Below are positions 12,470-22,950 of a stretch of DNA of 64,000 nucleotides, piece after piece. The stretch covers positions 183,582,001 through 183,646,000 of the forward strand of contig NC_091471.1 of assembly GCF_036971445.1 (NCBI RefSeq). Reading direction: 5' to 3'. Position 1 is the first letter of the stretch, and each line of letters opens with the position of its first letter. The notes under the pieces were generated by a model. It made no database searches. It had not been told where the DNA came from and saw nothing but the letters and a program-made list of their open reading frames with translations. This DNA is from Narcine bancroftii. Taxonomy: Eukaryota. Made by a program: the position numbers and the translations under genes.

Positions 12470-13375
12470 CATATATCATAGAACAATACAGCACACTACA
12501 TGCCCTTTGGCCCTCAATGTTATGCTGACCTATATACTCCTACCACAAAAAAAACCCCTTCCTCCCTCATAACCCTCTATTTTTCTTTCAACCCTGTGCC
12601 TGTCTAAGAGTCTTTTAAATGCCCCCATTTTTCAGCCTCCACCACCACCCCTACTAATGCATTCCAGGCACCCACAAACTTCATCCCCTAAACTGCACCC
12701 CCTCACTTTGCACAGATGTCCTCTGGTGTTTGCTTTTCCCACCCTTCTCATCCTTCTTCGCTCCAGAAAGAAAAGTTATAGCTCTGCTAACCTTCCTCAT
12801 AAGTCTTATTTTCCAATCCAGGCAACATCCTGGTAAATCTTCTCTATACCTTCTCTACAGCTTCAACATTCTTCCAACCAGAACTAAACACAATACTTTA
12901 AGTCTGGGCTCACCAGAGATTTGTGGAGATGCAACATGACCTCCCAACTCCTGAACTCAATCCCCCAACTTATGAAGCCTTCTTAACTATCCATAGCCTT
13001 CCATAGTCTTCTTAACTATCCTATCAACCTCTGCAGCAACCTTGAGAGATGTATGGATTAAGAACCCAAGATCTCTCTATTCTTCCATGCTCTTAAGCAT
13101 CTGACCATTAGCCCTGTACTCAGCCTTCAGGTTTGACCTTCCAAAATGTATCACCTCACACTTGTCTGGATTGAATTCCATCTGACATTTTTCCACCCAA
13201 CTCTACGTTCTGTCTACATTCTTTTGTAAACTTCAACAGTTATCAACACTATCCACAACTCCTCCACCACAAACTTACTGACCCATCCTTCCACTTCTTC
13301 ATCTATGCCACTTATAAAAATCACAAAGAGCAAATCCCTGAACAAATTCCTGTGGAACTCTATTAGTCACTAAAT
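12470..13375 (-). mobile_element. CR1 LINE 3' fragment
   Basis: Antisense CR1 3' UTR and RT remnants. Homologous to 26065-26694 plus 28888-29020. Confidence 0.75.
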
Positions 13376-13439
13376 GCAGTTGGTCTCAGCATGAAGTAAC
13401 ATGAAGAGAATCAGCAGAGCTCAGTAATGGTTACCATGG

Positions 13440-14145
13440 ATCAGTTCAGGACTGGACAATACATCAACAATTCAGTAGTAGAGAGTGTGAAGAGTACCAG
13501 GTTCCTTGGAATTCACTTGTGACCTATCATGGCCACTTAACATCTCCTCACATGTAAGGAAGGTGCAACTGTGACTGCACTCCCTGAGAAGACTGAAGTG
13601 GGCAAGGCAACCAGCCACCATTATTTCAATCTTTTGTCAGAGTTCTATTGAGAGCCACCTTGCCAGCTGCATCACAGCAGGGTATGGTTGCTACAGAGAA
13701 ATGGATCAGAGATGAATCCAGAGGACAATAAGAGTGGCAGAGATGATCACTGGAGTCTCCCTCCCGCCATCGATGTAATCTACCAGTATCGTTGTCTGAA
13801 GATGGTGCCCAAAATCATTGAGGAACCCTTTCACCCTGCACACAGCATCTTTCAGCTGCACCTGTTGGTAAAGACCTACAGAAATATCAGAGCCAGCACC
13901 ACCTGGATGAGGAACAGTTTCTTCCCACAAGTGATGAGCATGCTGAATGGCGAAAGGAACTGCTCACACTAACTATCCTAGACTCTCACATTTACAAAGC
14001 AATATTTATTTATTTGTATAGATGAAATACTTGTCCTGCATATGTTTTGTTTGTCTGTATGTGTATTATGTCTGTATGTTTTGCACCGAGGACCAGAGAA
14101 CACTGTTTCATCATGTTGTACTTGTACAAATGACAATAAATTTGC
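13440..14145 (+). mobile_element. Rex1/Babar-type LINE 3' fragment
   Basis: ORF 13688..13972 ...HPAHSIFQL...YRNIRASTTWMRNSFFPQ, with tail tgacaataaa. Same family as 35400-36850 and 57360-58680. Confidence 0.75.
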
Positions 14146-14499
14146 GTTGCTTGTGGAGAGGTGGTTAAAAGACTTACTGGTGACCCAGAGGCTTTGACCA
14201 ACAATCCAAAGTTCCACACCTCTCATTGTGCTGGCTTTTGAAACTTTAGTTCAATTAATCATCTGGAATCAGGAAAACGACAAGTAATTTGTGTAAAGGT
14301 GACCACAAAAAGTACAACCCAACAAAACAGCAATCGCCGATTCTCTGTACAAATCATGCCAAAACACAACCAGGCACAACAGATCAGAAGCATTCCATCC
14401 TCACCTTATTGCCCAGTTACACTCACATCTACTAAAATGAATTGCTTTGAGTGGTTGCTCATGGCCACAGTTAACATGTTCCTAAATAAAGATCAAAAC

Positions 14500-16890
14500 C
14501 CACTGTAATTCACCTACCATCACAACTCTCCACAGCAGATGCAATATCACAGGTTCTCCACTCAGCTCTGGGTCACCCAGCAGTATCTCTACATCAGGCT
14601 ACTCTTCATTGACTATACCTCAGCTTTCAACACAATCATACCTACAGTGCTGGGCAACAAGCTCCAAATCCTGGGCCTCTGCAAATGGAACCTTGACATC
14701 CTCATTGGAAGACCACAGTCAGTACGGATCAGAAACAATGTCTACACCTCACTGACAATCAACTCAGGTGCACCTCTAGGATGTGTGCTTAGCTCACTGC
14801 TCTGCTCGCTCAACACTCATGACTGTGTGGTTAAGCACAATTTAAGTGCTGTCTATAAATTTGCCAATGACACCACGAGATCAGCTAGTTGAGTGGAGTC
14901 ACACAACAATCTTGCACACAGTGTCAGCAAAACCAAGGAGTTGCTTGTGGAATTCAGGAAGGGGAAATTAGGAGAATGTGAACCAGTCGTCATTGAGGAG
15001 TCAGCAGTGGAAAAGGTTAAAAACTTCAAGTTCCTGGGAGTCTACATCTCTGAAGGTCTGTCCTGCAGCCTTCACTTCTCCATGAAGAAGGCTCGCCAGT
15101 GGCTATACATCGTGAGGAGTTTGAGGAGATTTAGTTTGTTACCAAAGACTCTTGCAAATTTCTACAGGTGTACCGTGGAGAGCAATCTGACTGGTTGCAT
15201 CACGGTCTGGTGCGGAGGTATCAAAGCCCAGGAAAAAAAACTACAGAGTTGTGAAATTGGCGCAACATAACAAGCATCTCTCTGCACTCCATTGAGGATA
15301 TCTCTAGGAGGTGGTGTCTTAAGAAAGCAGTCTCTATCCTTAAGAACCTTCACCACCCAATTCATGCCCTCTTCACTCTGCGACCATTGGGAAGGAGGTA
15401 CAAGAACCTGAAAGTGAACACCAAGTGGTACAAGTAAAAACACAATGCTGGAGAAACACAGAAGGTCAAACAGTGTACTTAATAGAGCAAAGGTAAAGAT
15501 ACATAACCAATGTTTCAGTCTTGAGCCCTTCACCAAGTTATGAAGAAAATGTGGGCAGGCGCCCAAACAAACTGGTGGCGGCGGTGGGGGGTTGGGGTGG
15601 GTGAGGGAAGGAGCAGGAGATGTGCACTGCCTTATAGCAAGAGGTAATAGTGGATAAGGGAGGGAGGGCACACCAGCTGAAAAGGGAGGAGGATGGCTCT
15701 GTGACGGGAGAGAGTAGGGATTAAAGATCTGGAGAAGGCTTGAAGGCACTCAATAGCATCTCCTCCATTTCCTGCTTATCTGTCCAGGTCCCCTCTGCCC
15801 CTAGACACCACAAAAATAGCCACCACATCCAACACATCTTCCATAATTTCTGCTACCTAACACTAGGGACCTCCACCAAACACTAGGGACCTCTATGACT
15901 CCCTCATCTGCTCCTCCCTTCCTATTCATTGCCCCCTCGGCACCTTCCCATGTGGCTGCAGTTAGGGCCACACTTGTGCCCATACCTCATCTCTTACCTT
16001 GATTCTGGACCCTTAACAATCCTTCCAAGTGAAGCAACACTTCACTTGTGTGTCCACAGGAGTTATCTACTACATCTGGTGGTCCATTTGTGGCCTTTTC
16101 TACATTGGAGAGACTGGACACAAATGAAAGATTGCTTCACTGAGCACATTCGCTCTGTCCACATTAGTGACAGGGATCTCCCAGAGGCCAACCAATTCAA
16201 TTCTGCATCCCACTGATGCACTGACATGTCTGTCCATGGCCTCGTGTATTGTCAGAAGAAGATCACCCATAAATTCGAGGAGCAAAACCTAATTTTCTGT
16301 CAGCACTCTCCAGCCGGATAGCATTAACTCAACTTCTCTAGTTTCTGCTACCCTATTCTCTGTTCTTCCTCTCTTGTATCCTATTCTCTGTCTTGTTTCC
16401 TTCAACTCTCCACACCCTTCCCTTTCCATTCACAGAGCCATTCCCCTCCATTTCTTGTTTGCCAGTGTGGCCTCATTCCCTTATCCACATATTATCTCCT
16501 GCCTTTGGAACTGTGCTCCTTCGCTTGCCCCTACTTCACCACCATTTTGTTCAGGAACCTGCCCATATCTTTATTAATGACACAGGCCTGAAACTTTGGT
16601 TATGTATCTTTAACTTTTCTATACGGTAGATACTGTTTGACCTGCTGAGTTTCTCCAGCCTTGTGGCTTTATTTCAACTCCAGTGTCTGCAGAATTTTGT
16701 GTTTCAATTCACCCAGTTGCACAAGGACAGCTTCTTCCCCTCTGCTATCAGATTTCTGAATGGACAATGAACCACAGACACTATCTCACTTTCTCTTATT
16801 TTTGCACTAATTTATTCATTTTTAAATATATGTATTTAGCAGTACTGTATTTGCAATGTAATGTTGCTGGAAAACAACAAATTTTGTAAG
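14500..16890 (+). mobile_element. Rex1/Babar-type LINE, split by a Penelope-like insertion
   Basis: RT motifs LLFIDYTSAFNTIIP, GAPLGCVLS, KFANDTT and FKFLGV. The element breaks at ...ggtacaag (15434) and resumes at acaaggacagcttcttcccc (16721). Confidence 0.8.
15435..16720. mobile_element. Penelope-like element: inverted pLTR (15435-~15740, minus) plus GIY-YIG body and pLTR (~15750-16705, plus)
   Basis: The terminal segments are reverse complements (atgctggagaaacacagaaggtcaaacag / ctgtttgacctgctgagtttctccagc). Peptide TEHIRSVHISDRDLPEANQFNSASH. Confidence 0.75.
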
Positions 16891-17017
16891 ATAATCACGA
16901 GAATAAGTTCTGATTCTGAATTCTGAAATGACCTCATCAGCATTTGAGGATTGCCAAAATTCAGAAAACTATCTTTCTTTTTCATCTTCTTATTGATTTT
17001 AATATACAATAAACAAT

Positions 17018-17699
17018 GGAGAGCAGCAGCGGCCCCGGCCCCGGTCCGGGCGAAGGGTAGACGGCGGCGGCCACGATACGGGCAGGAGCAAGGGGGAGAC
17101 GGCGGCCCCGGCCTCGGTCGAGTGAGGCAGACGGAGGCCCCGGTCCGGACAGGGAGTGGGAGGCGGCGGCCCCAGTCCAGGCACAGGGAGAGCAGCAGCG
17201 GCCCCGGCCCCGGTCCGGGCGAAGGGTAGACGGCGGCGGCCCCGATACGGGCAGGAGCAAGGGGGAGACGGCGGCCCCGGCCTCGGTCGAGTGAGGCAGA
17301 CGGAGGCCCCGGTCCGGACAGGGAGTGGGAGGCGGCGGCCCCAGTCCAGGCACAGGGAGAGCAGCAGCGGCCCCGGCCCCGGTCCGGGCGAAGGGTAGAC
17401 GGCGGCGGCCCCGATACGGGCAGGAGCAAGGGGGAGGCGGCGGCCCCAGTCCGGGCACAGGGAGAGCAGCGGCGGCCCCGGCCCCGGTCCGGGCGAAGGG
17501 TAGACGGCGGCGGCCCCGATCCGGGCAGGAGCAAGGGGGAGACGGCGGCCCCAGTCCGGGCACAGGGAGAGCAGCAGCGGCCCCGGCCCCGGTCCGGGCG
17601 AAGGGTAGACGGCGGCGGCCCCGATACGGGCAGGAGCAAGGGGGAGACGGCGGCCCTGGCCTCGGTCGAGTGAGGCAGACGGAGGCCCCGGTCCGGGCA
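17018..17699 (+). repeat. GC/CpG-rich tandem array in the RTE 5' UTR (169,169,105,105 bp units plus a partial unit)
   Basis: The unit start ggagagcagc recurs at 17018, 17187, 17356, 17461 and 17566. Confidence 0.95.
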
Positions 17700-17841
17700 G
17701 TATGGACCGACCTAGGAGGGGAGGCAGGCCCCTCCAGCCCGGGTAAGAAACCTGCATAGGAGAAGGCCACTCCGATATAAAACCTACGACCCAAGGACCT
17801 CGCTGCCACGTCCCAGCTTGCTTGGCCACGGCACACGAACC

Positions 17842-20800
17842 ATGGGTGTAAAGGGTGGGGCCAGTACTGCGCGCACTGCACTCCACCTAAAAGCTCCTTT
17901 GCGCAGGCCCGAGGACAGGTCCACGTCCTCCCCCTCAACGTCCTCCCCCTCCACGTCCTCCCCCTCCACGTCCTCCCCCTCCACGTCCTCCCCCTCCACG
18001 TCCTCCCCCTCAAAAGATGCTCACAAACTCAAGCTAGCATGCTGGAACATCAGAACCATGCTAGATAAGACTGACAGCCATCGACCTGAACGTCGGTCTG
18101 CCCTCATTGCACATGAACTCCTCAGACTTGACATCGACATAGCCGCTCTCAGTGAAGTCCGCCTGGCAGATGTAGGCAGCTTCCAAGAACGCGGCGCGGG
18201 CTACACACTCTACTGGTCTGGCAAGCCTTCGGATGAACGACGCCTATCTGGTGTAGGCTTCATGGTCAAGAGCTTCATTGCCTCCAAACTCGAAAACCTT
18301 CCGACAGGCCTCTCGGACCGAATCATGTCCATGCGACTCCCACTTCAAAACAAGCGTCACATCACCCTCATCAGTGTCTATGCTCCAACCCTCCAGGCGG
18401 AACCAGCAGAAAAGAACAAGTTCTACACCGACCTGCGCAACCTCATCCAACGTACCCCTACAGCCGACAAGGTTGTCATCCTGGGCAACTTCAACGCTCG
18501 TGTCGGCAAAGACTCAGAAACCTGGCCAGGAATCCTGGGCAAGCATGGCGTCGGCAAGTGCAACGACAATGGGCGCCTCCTGTTGGAGCTCTGCGCAGAA
18601 CAGCGGCTTGTCATTACAAACACCCTTTTTCAGCAGAGGGACAGCCTTAAGACCACCTGGATGCATCCCCGATCCAAACACTGGCACCTCCTGGACTACA
18701 TCCTGGTGCGAGAAAGTGACAAACAAGATGTGCTCCACACCAGGGTCATGCCTAGCGCGGAATGCCACACTGACCACCGGCTGGTTCGCTGCAAGCTCAA
18801 CCTTCACTTCAAGCCAAAGCCCAGGAACAATAAAGCCCCCAGAAAGAGGTTCAATGTTGGAAAACTGCAGTCAGACGAAGCGAGAGGAAACTTCCAGGCA
18901 AACCTCAAAGCAAAGCTCGACGTTGCAACCCGCCTCACGGACCCGTCCCCTGAAACCCTCTGGGATCAGTTGAAGACTACCATACTGCAATCCACTGAAG
19001 AGGTACTGGGATTCTCCTCCAGGAAAAACAAGGACTGGTTTGACGAAAACAGCCAGGAAATCCAGGAGCTGCTGGCAAAGAAGCGAGCTGCCCACCAGGC
19101 TCACCTTACAAAGCCGTCCTGTCCAGAGAAGAAACAAGCCTTCCGTCGCGCATGCAGCCATCTTCAGCGCAAACTCCGGGAGATCCAAAATGAGTGGTGG
19201 ACTAGCCTCGCCAAACGAACCCAGCTCAGCGCGGACATTGGCGACTTCAGGGGTTTCTACGAGGCTCTAAAGGCTGTGTACGGCCCCTCACCCCAAGTCC
19301 AAAGCCCGCTGCGCAGCTCAGACGGCAAAGTCCTCCTCAGCGACAAGATCTCCATCCTCAACCGATGGTCAGAACACTTCCAATCTCTTTTCAGTACCAA
19401 CCGCTCAGTCCAAGATTCCGCCCTGCTCCAGCTCCCTCAACAGCCCCTAAGGCTAGAGCTGGATGAGGTTCCCACCCTGGATGAGATATATAAGGCAATC
19501 GAACAACTGAAAAGTGGCAAAGCAGCAGGTATGGATGGAATCCCCCCAGAAGTCTGGAAGGCTGGCGGCAAAACTCTGCATGCCAAACTGCATGAGTTTT
19601 TCAAGCTTTGTTGGGACCAAGGTAAACTGCCTCAGGATCTTCGTGATGCCACCATCATCACCCTGTACAAAAACAAAGGCGAGAAATCAGACTGCTCAAA
19701 CTACAGGGGAATCACGTTGCTCTCCATTGCAGGCAAAATCTTCGCTAGGATTCTACTAAATAGAATAATACCTAGTGTCGCTGAGAATATTCTCCCAGAA
19801 TCACAGTGCGGCTTTCGCGCTAACAGAGGAACCACTGACATGGTCTTTGCCCTCAGACAGCTCCAAGAAAAGTGTAGAGAACAAAACAAAGGACTCTACA
19901 TCACCTTTGTTGACCTCACCAAAGCCTTCGACACCGTGAGCAGGAAAGGGCTTTGGCAAATACTAGAGCGCATCGGATGTCCCCCAAAGTTCCTCAACAT
20001 GATTATCCAACTGCACGAAAACCAACAAGGTCGGGTCAGATACAGCAATGAGCTCTCTGAACCCTTCTCCATTAACAATGGCGTGAAGCAAGGCTGTGTT
20101 CTCGCACCAACCCTCTTTTCAATCTTCTTCAGCATGATGCTGAACCAAGCCATGAAAGACCCCAACAATGAAGACGCTGTTTACATCCGGTACCGCACGG
20201 ATGGCAGTCTCTTCAATCTGAGGCGCCTGCAAGCTCACACCAAGACACAAGAGAAACTTGTCCGTGAACTACTCTTTGCAGATGATGCCGCTTTAGTTGC
20301 CCATTCAGAGCCAGCTCTTCAGCGCTTGACGTCCTGCTTTGCGGAAACTGCCAAAATGTTTGGCCTGGAAGTCAGCCTGAAGAAAACTGAGGTCCTCCAT
20401 CAGCCAGCTCCCCACCATGACTACCAGCCCCCCCACATCTCCATCGGGCACACAAAACTCAAAACGGTCAACCAGTTTACCTATCTCGGCTGCACCATTT
20501 CATCAGATGCAAGGATCGACAATGAGATAGACAACAGACTCGCCAAGGCAAATAGCGCCTTTGGAAGACTACACAAAAGAGTCTGGAAAAACAACCAACT
20601 GAAAAACCTCACAAAGATAAGCGTATACAGAGCCGTTGTCATACCCACACTCCTGTTCGGCTCCGAATCATGGGTCCTCTACCGGCACCACCTACGGCTC
20701 CTAGAACGCTTCCACCAGCGTTGTCTCCGCTCCATCCTCAACATCCATTGGAGCGCTCACACCCCTAACGTCGAGGTACTAGAGATGGCAGAGGTCGACA

Positions 20801-21213
20801 GCATCGAGTCCACGCTGCTGAAGATCCAGCTGCGCTGGATGGGTCACGTCTCCAGAATGGAGGACCATCGCCTTCCCAAGATCGTATTATATGGCGAGCT
20901 CTCCACTGGCCACCGTGACAGAGGTGCACCAAAGAAAAGGTACAAGGACTGCCTAAAGAAATCTCTTGGTGCCTGCCACATTGACCACCGCCAGTGGGCT
21001 GATAACGCCTCAAACCGTGCATCTTGGCGCCTCACAGTTTGGCGGGCAGCAGCCTCCTTTGAAGAAGACCGCAGAGCCCACCTCACTGACAAAAGGCAAA
21101 GGAGGAAAAACCCAACACCCAACCCCAACCAACCAATTTTCCCTTGCAACCGCTGCAATCGTGTCTGCCTGTCCCGCATCGGACTGGTCAGCCACAAACG
21201 AGCCTGCAGCTGA
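17842..21213 (+). CDS. RTE LINE polyprotein: APE endonuclease, reverse transcriptase, C-terminal CCHC finger
   Basis: Uninterrupted frame. The first in-frame ATG sits in an ACCATGG context (the track starts at TTG 17818). EN motifs: ACWNIRT, LSEVR, VYAPT, GNFNA, LDYIL, TDH. RT motifs: QCGFR, FVDLTKAFD, GVKQGC, LFADD, YLG. C-terminus: CNRC..H..C. Confidence 0.95.
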   Translation: MGVKGGASTARTALHLKAPLRRPEDRSTSSPSTSSPSTSSPSTSSPSTSSPSTSSPSKDAHKLKLACWNIRTMLDKTDSHRPERRSALIAHELLRLDIDIAALSEVRLADVGSFQERGAGYTLYWSGKPSDERRLSGVGFMVKSFIASKLENLPTGLSDRIMSMRLPLQNKRHITLISVYAPTLQAEPAEKNKFYTDLRNLIQRTPTADKVVILGNFNARVGKDSETWPGILGKHGVGKCNDNGRLLLELCAEQRLVITNTLFQQRDSLKTTWMHPRSKHWHLLDYILVRESDKQDVLHTRVMPSAECHTDHRLVRCKLNLHFKPKPRNNKAPRKRFNVGKLQSDEARGNFQANLKAKLDVATRLTDPSPETLWDQLKTTILQSTEEVLGFSSRKNKDWFDENSQEIQELLAKKRAAHQAHLTKPSCPEKKQAFRRACSHLQRKLREIQNEWWTSLAKRTQLSADIGDFRGFYEALKAVYGPSPQVQSPLRSSDGKVLLSDKISILNRWSEHFQSLFSTNRSVQDSALLQLPQQPLRLELDEVPTLDEIYKAIEQLKSGKAAGMDGIPPEVWKAGGKTLHAKLHEFFKLCWDQGKLPQDLRDATIITLYKNKGEKSDCSNYRGITLLSIAGKIFARILLNRIIPSVAENILPESQCGFRANRGTTDMVFALRQLQEKCREQNKGLYITFVDLTKAFDTVSRKGLWQILERIGCPPKFLNMIIQLHENQQGRVRYSNELSEPFSINNGVKQGCVLAPTLFSIFFSMMLNQAMKDPNNEDAVYIRYRTDGSLFNLRRLQAHTKTQEKLVRELLFADDAALVAHSEPALQRLTSCFAETAKMFGLEVSLKKTEVLHQPAPHHDYQPPHISIGHTKLKTVNQFTYLGCTISSDARIDNEIDNRLAKANSAFGRLHKRVWKNNQLKNLTKISVYRAVVIPTLLFGSESWVLYRHHLRLLERFHQRCLRSILNIHWSAHTPNVEVLEMAEVDSIESTLLKIQLRWMGHVSRMEDHRLPKIVLYGELSTGHRDRGAPKKRYKDCLKKSLGACHIDHRQWADNASNRASWRLTVWRAAASFEEDRRAHLTDKRQRRKNPTPNPNQPIFPCNRCNRVCLSRIGLVSHKRACS
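17920..18009 (+). repeat. 15-bp coding tandem repeat x6 encoding (STSSP)6
   Basis: (TCCACGTCCTCCCCC)6 with one synonymous TCA variant, in frame with the RTE ORF. Confidence 0.95.
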
Positions 21214-21507
21214 CGTGGACTTTTTACCCCCTCCATAAATCTTCGTCCGCGAAGCCAAGCCAAAGAAAGAAAGAAACAATGGACGGAGAGAATAAGGATG
21301 CATAATTAAATATACATCAATCCATACACAATAATAGTATCTCCATCTCCCCACACTCAATCAAAGAGAAAAAAAGCAACAAAAAAACCACTTCACATTA
21401 TAGTAAAACCCCTTGTACTAATCTAATGAAGAAAAGAAAAATAAACTGGAAAGCCTTGGATCAGCGACCACCAAACACGTGAAGCCTAGTCCTCATCCAA
21501 AAGAGAA

Positions 21508-21893
21508 GCTTCTTTGGCTTGGCTTCGCGGACAAAGATTTATGGAGGGGTAATGTCCACATCAGTTGCAGGCTCGTTTGTGGCTGACAAGTCCGTGCGGG
21601 ACAGGCAGACACGGTTGCAGCGGTTGCAAGGGAAAATTGGTGGGTTGGGGTTGGGTGTTGGGTTTTTCCTCCTTTGTCTTTTGTCAGTGAGGTGGGCTCT
21701 GCGGTCTTCTTCAAAGGAGGTTGCTGCCCGCCGAACTGTGAGGCACCAAGATACACGGTTTGAGGCGATATCAGCCCACTGGTGGTGGTCAATGTGGCAG
21801 GCACCAAGAGATTTCTTTAGGCAGTCCTTGTACCTCTTCTTTGGTGCACCTCTGTCATGGTGGCCAGTGGAGAGCTCGCCATATAACACGATC
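21508..21893 (-). mobile_element. 5'-truncated RTE copy (related, more diverged subfamily)
   Basis: Reverse complement of 20880-21265 with scattered substitutions. ORF 21539..21904 IVLYGELSTGHHDRGAPKKRYKD. Confidence 0.92.
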
Positions 21894-22691
21894 AAAGAAA
21901 ACATTAGAAATTATATCAAAATGAATCTCCTCCAAACTTTTGCATCTTGATAATGCTGAATCCATGTCTTAAATAATTGCATTGATTTTTTTTTTCCTCA
22001 TGGTTTTATAATCCAATTTAAATTAATTTTCTATTCTTGTCAACTGCTCTCTAAGGTTCTCTTATTGTTACTTTCAAAGCTAAAGAATCATCAGATTCCA
22101 TTTTGTTTCCAAGTACAAAGTTAAAATCTTTTTGGTCATTGTTTCCTGGACCATCCAATATTTCTAAGTTCCTTTTCAACATTTTGTACTCTGAAGGCAG
22201 TGGCTCCACATTGTCTGATTTGTTTTCAGGCATACGTTTCATTCCTGCCCTTGATTTAGCTTCACAGGGATAATCGCCGGCAGCATTTGCACCATCCTCT
22301 AATGCTTCATTATCATTAATTCCATCTTTACTGATTTAAATGCTTTTGATTTATTTTCAATTAGTAAGATTCCCTAAAAAAAACTATTTGTATTCTTTTG
22401 AAGATTCTTTGAGTTTCACAACAGTTATATTGACATTTGCTGTTGACTGCTTCTGACCAATATCATTCTTTCTTTCTCATAGTCCATTGATTGTCATCCA
22501 AGCATAATTTTAATAGCATAACATATTAATTCTATGGGTTCCAGAGCCTTTGGTACATCTAAACCAATTAGTATCTCTATCTCATATCTCAGAGCTGTCT
22601 TTCAGAATATAAACCTTCCTCAGATATGACCACTGATCCACATCACTTTGATGTGGGATGTTTCCTTTTTGCACAGGCATAGTCTTCTGTG

Positions 22692-22696
<5 letters not shown>

Positions 22697-22728
<32 letters not shown>
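22697..22728. repeat. (TA)n microsatellite
   Basis: Direct read of the sequence. Confidence 0.95.
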
Positions 22729-22731
<3 letters not shown>

Positions 22732-22863
22732 TGGAAGATCACAAAAATAGTCGCTGTGTCTTCCTGCAACCTCTAGTGCTGAAACCATATTAGTTCAATT
22801 ACCTTTCTTTGTCCCATAGTCTTCAATAGAATCTCTTTTTTCCTTCAAGATTAAGCTTTTTCA

Positions 22864-22950
22864 GAGAGAAAACGACACTGTGTATATTCAAGAGAGAAAT
22901 GTTTGTGTGTATTTTGGTTAGTGTGAAAAATAAAAAAAAAATTAAAAAAG
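22864..22950 (+). mobile_element. 87-bp poly(A) retro-insertion (probable L1/Tx1 3' tail)
   Basis: AATAAA plus A tail, flanked by 16-bp TSD agattaagc(t/c)ttttca (22848-22863 and 22951-22966). Confidence 0.75.

Larger units (their letters stand above)
17021..21273 (+). mobile_element. Apparently full-length young RTE-clade LINE
   Basis: Perfect 10-bp TSD AAACAATGGA (17011-17020 and 21274-21283), single long ORF, short 3' UTR, (AAAG)n tail and retained CpGs. Confidence 0.95.

Noticed and set aside
17018-17699. CRISPR-like repeat appearance
   Set aside because: These are head-to-tail tandem units without unique spacers, in eukaryotic TE context with no cas genes.
17911-17945. AGG-TCCACGT-CCT resembles P3/L3 of HDV-like ribozymes, which are known at some RTE 5' ends
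   Set aside because: There is no GG for P1.1, no P4 or catalytic-C junction and no P2 partner downstream. The match arises from the first STSSP repeat unit.
16836-18013. Long ORFs of 267-343 aa on the minus strand and short plus-strand ORFs over the GC array
   Set aside because: They are by-products of a stop-poor GC-rich tandem repeat, with no domain and no consistent frame.
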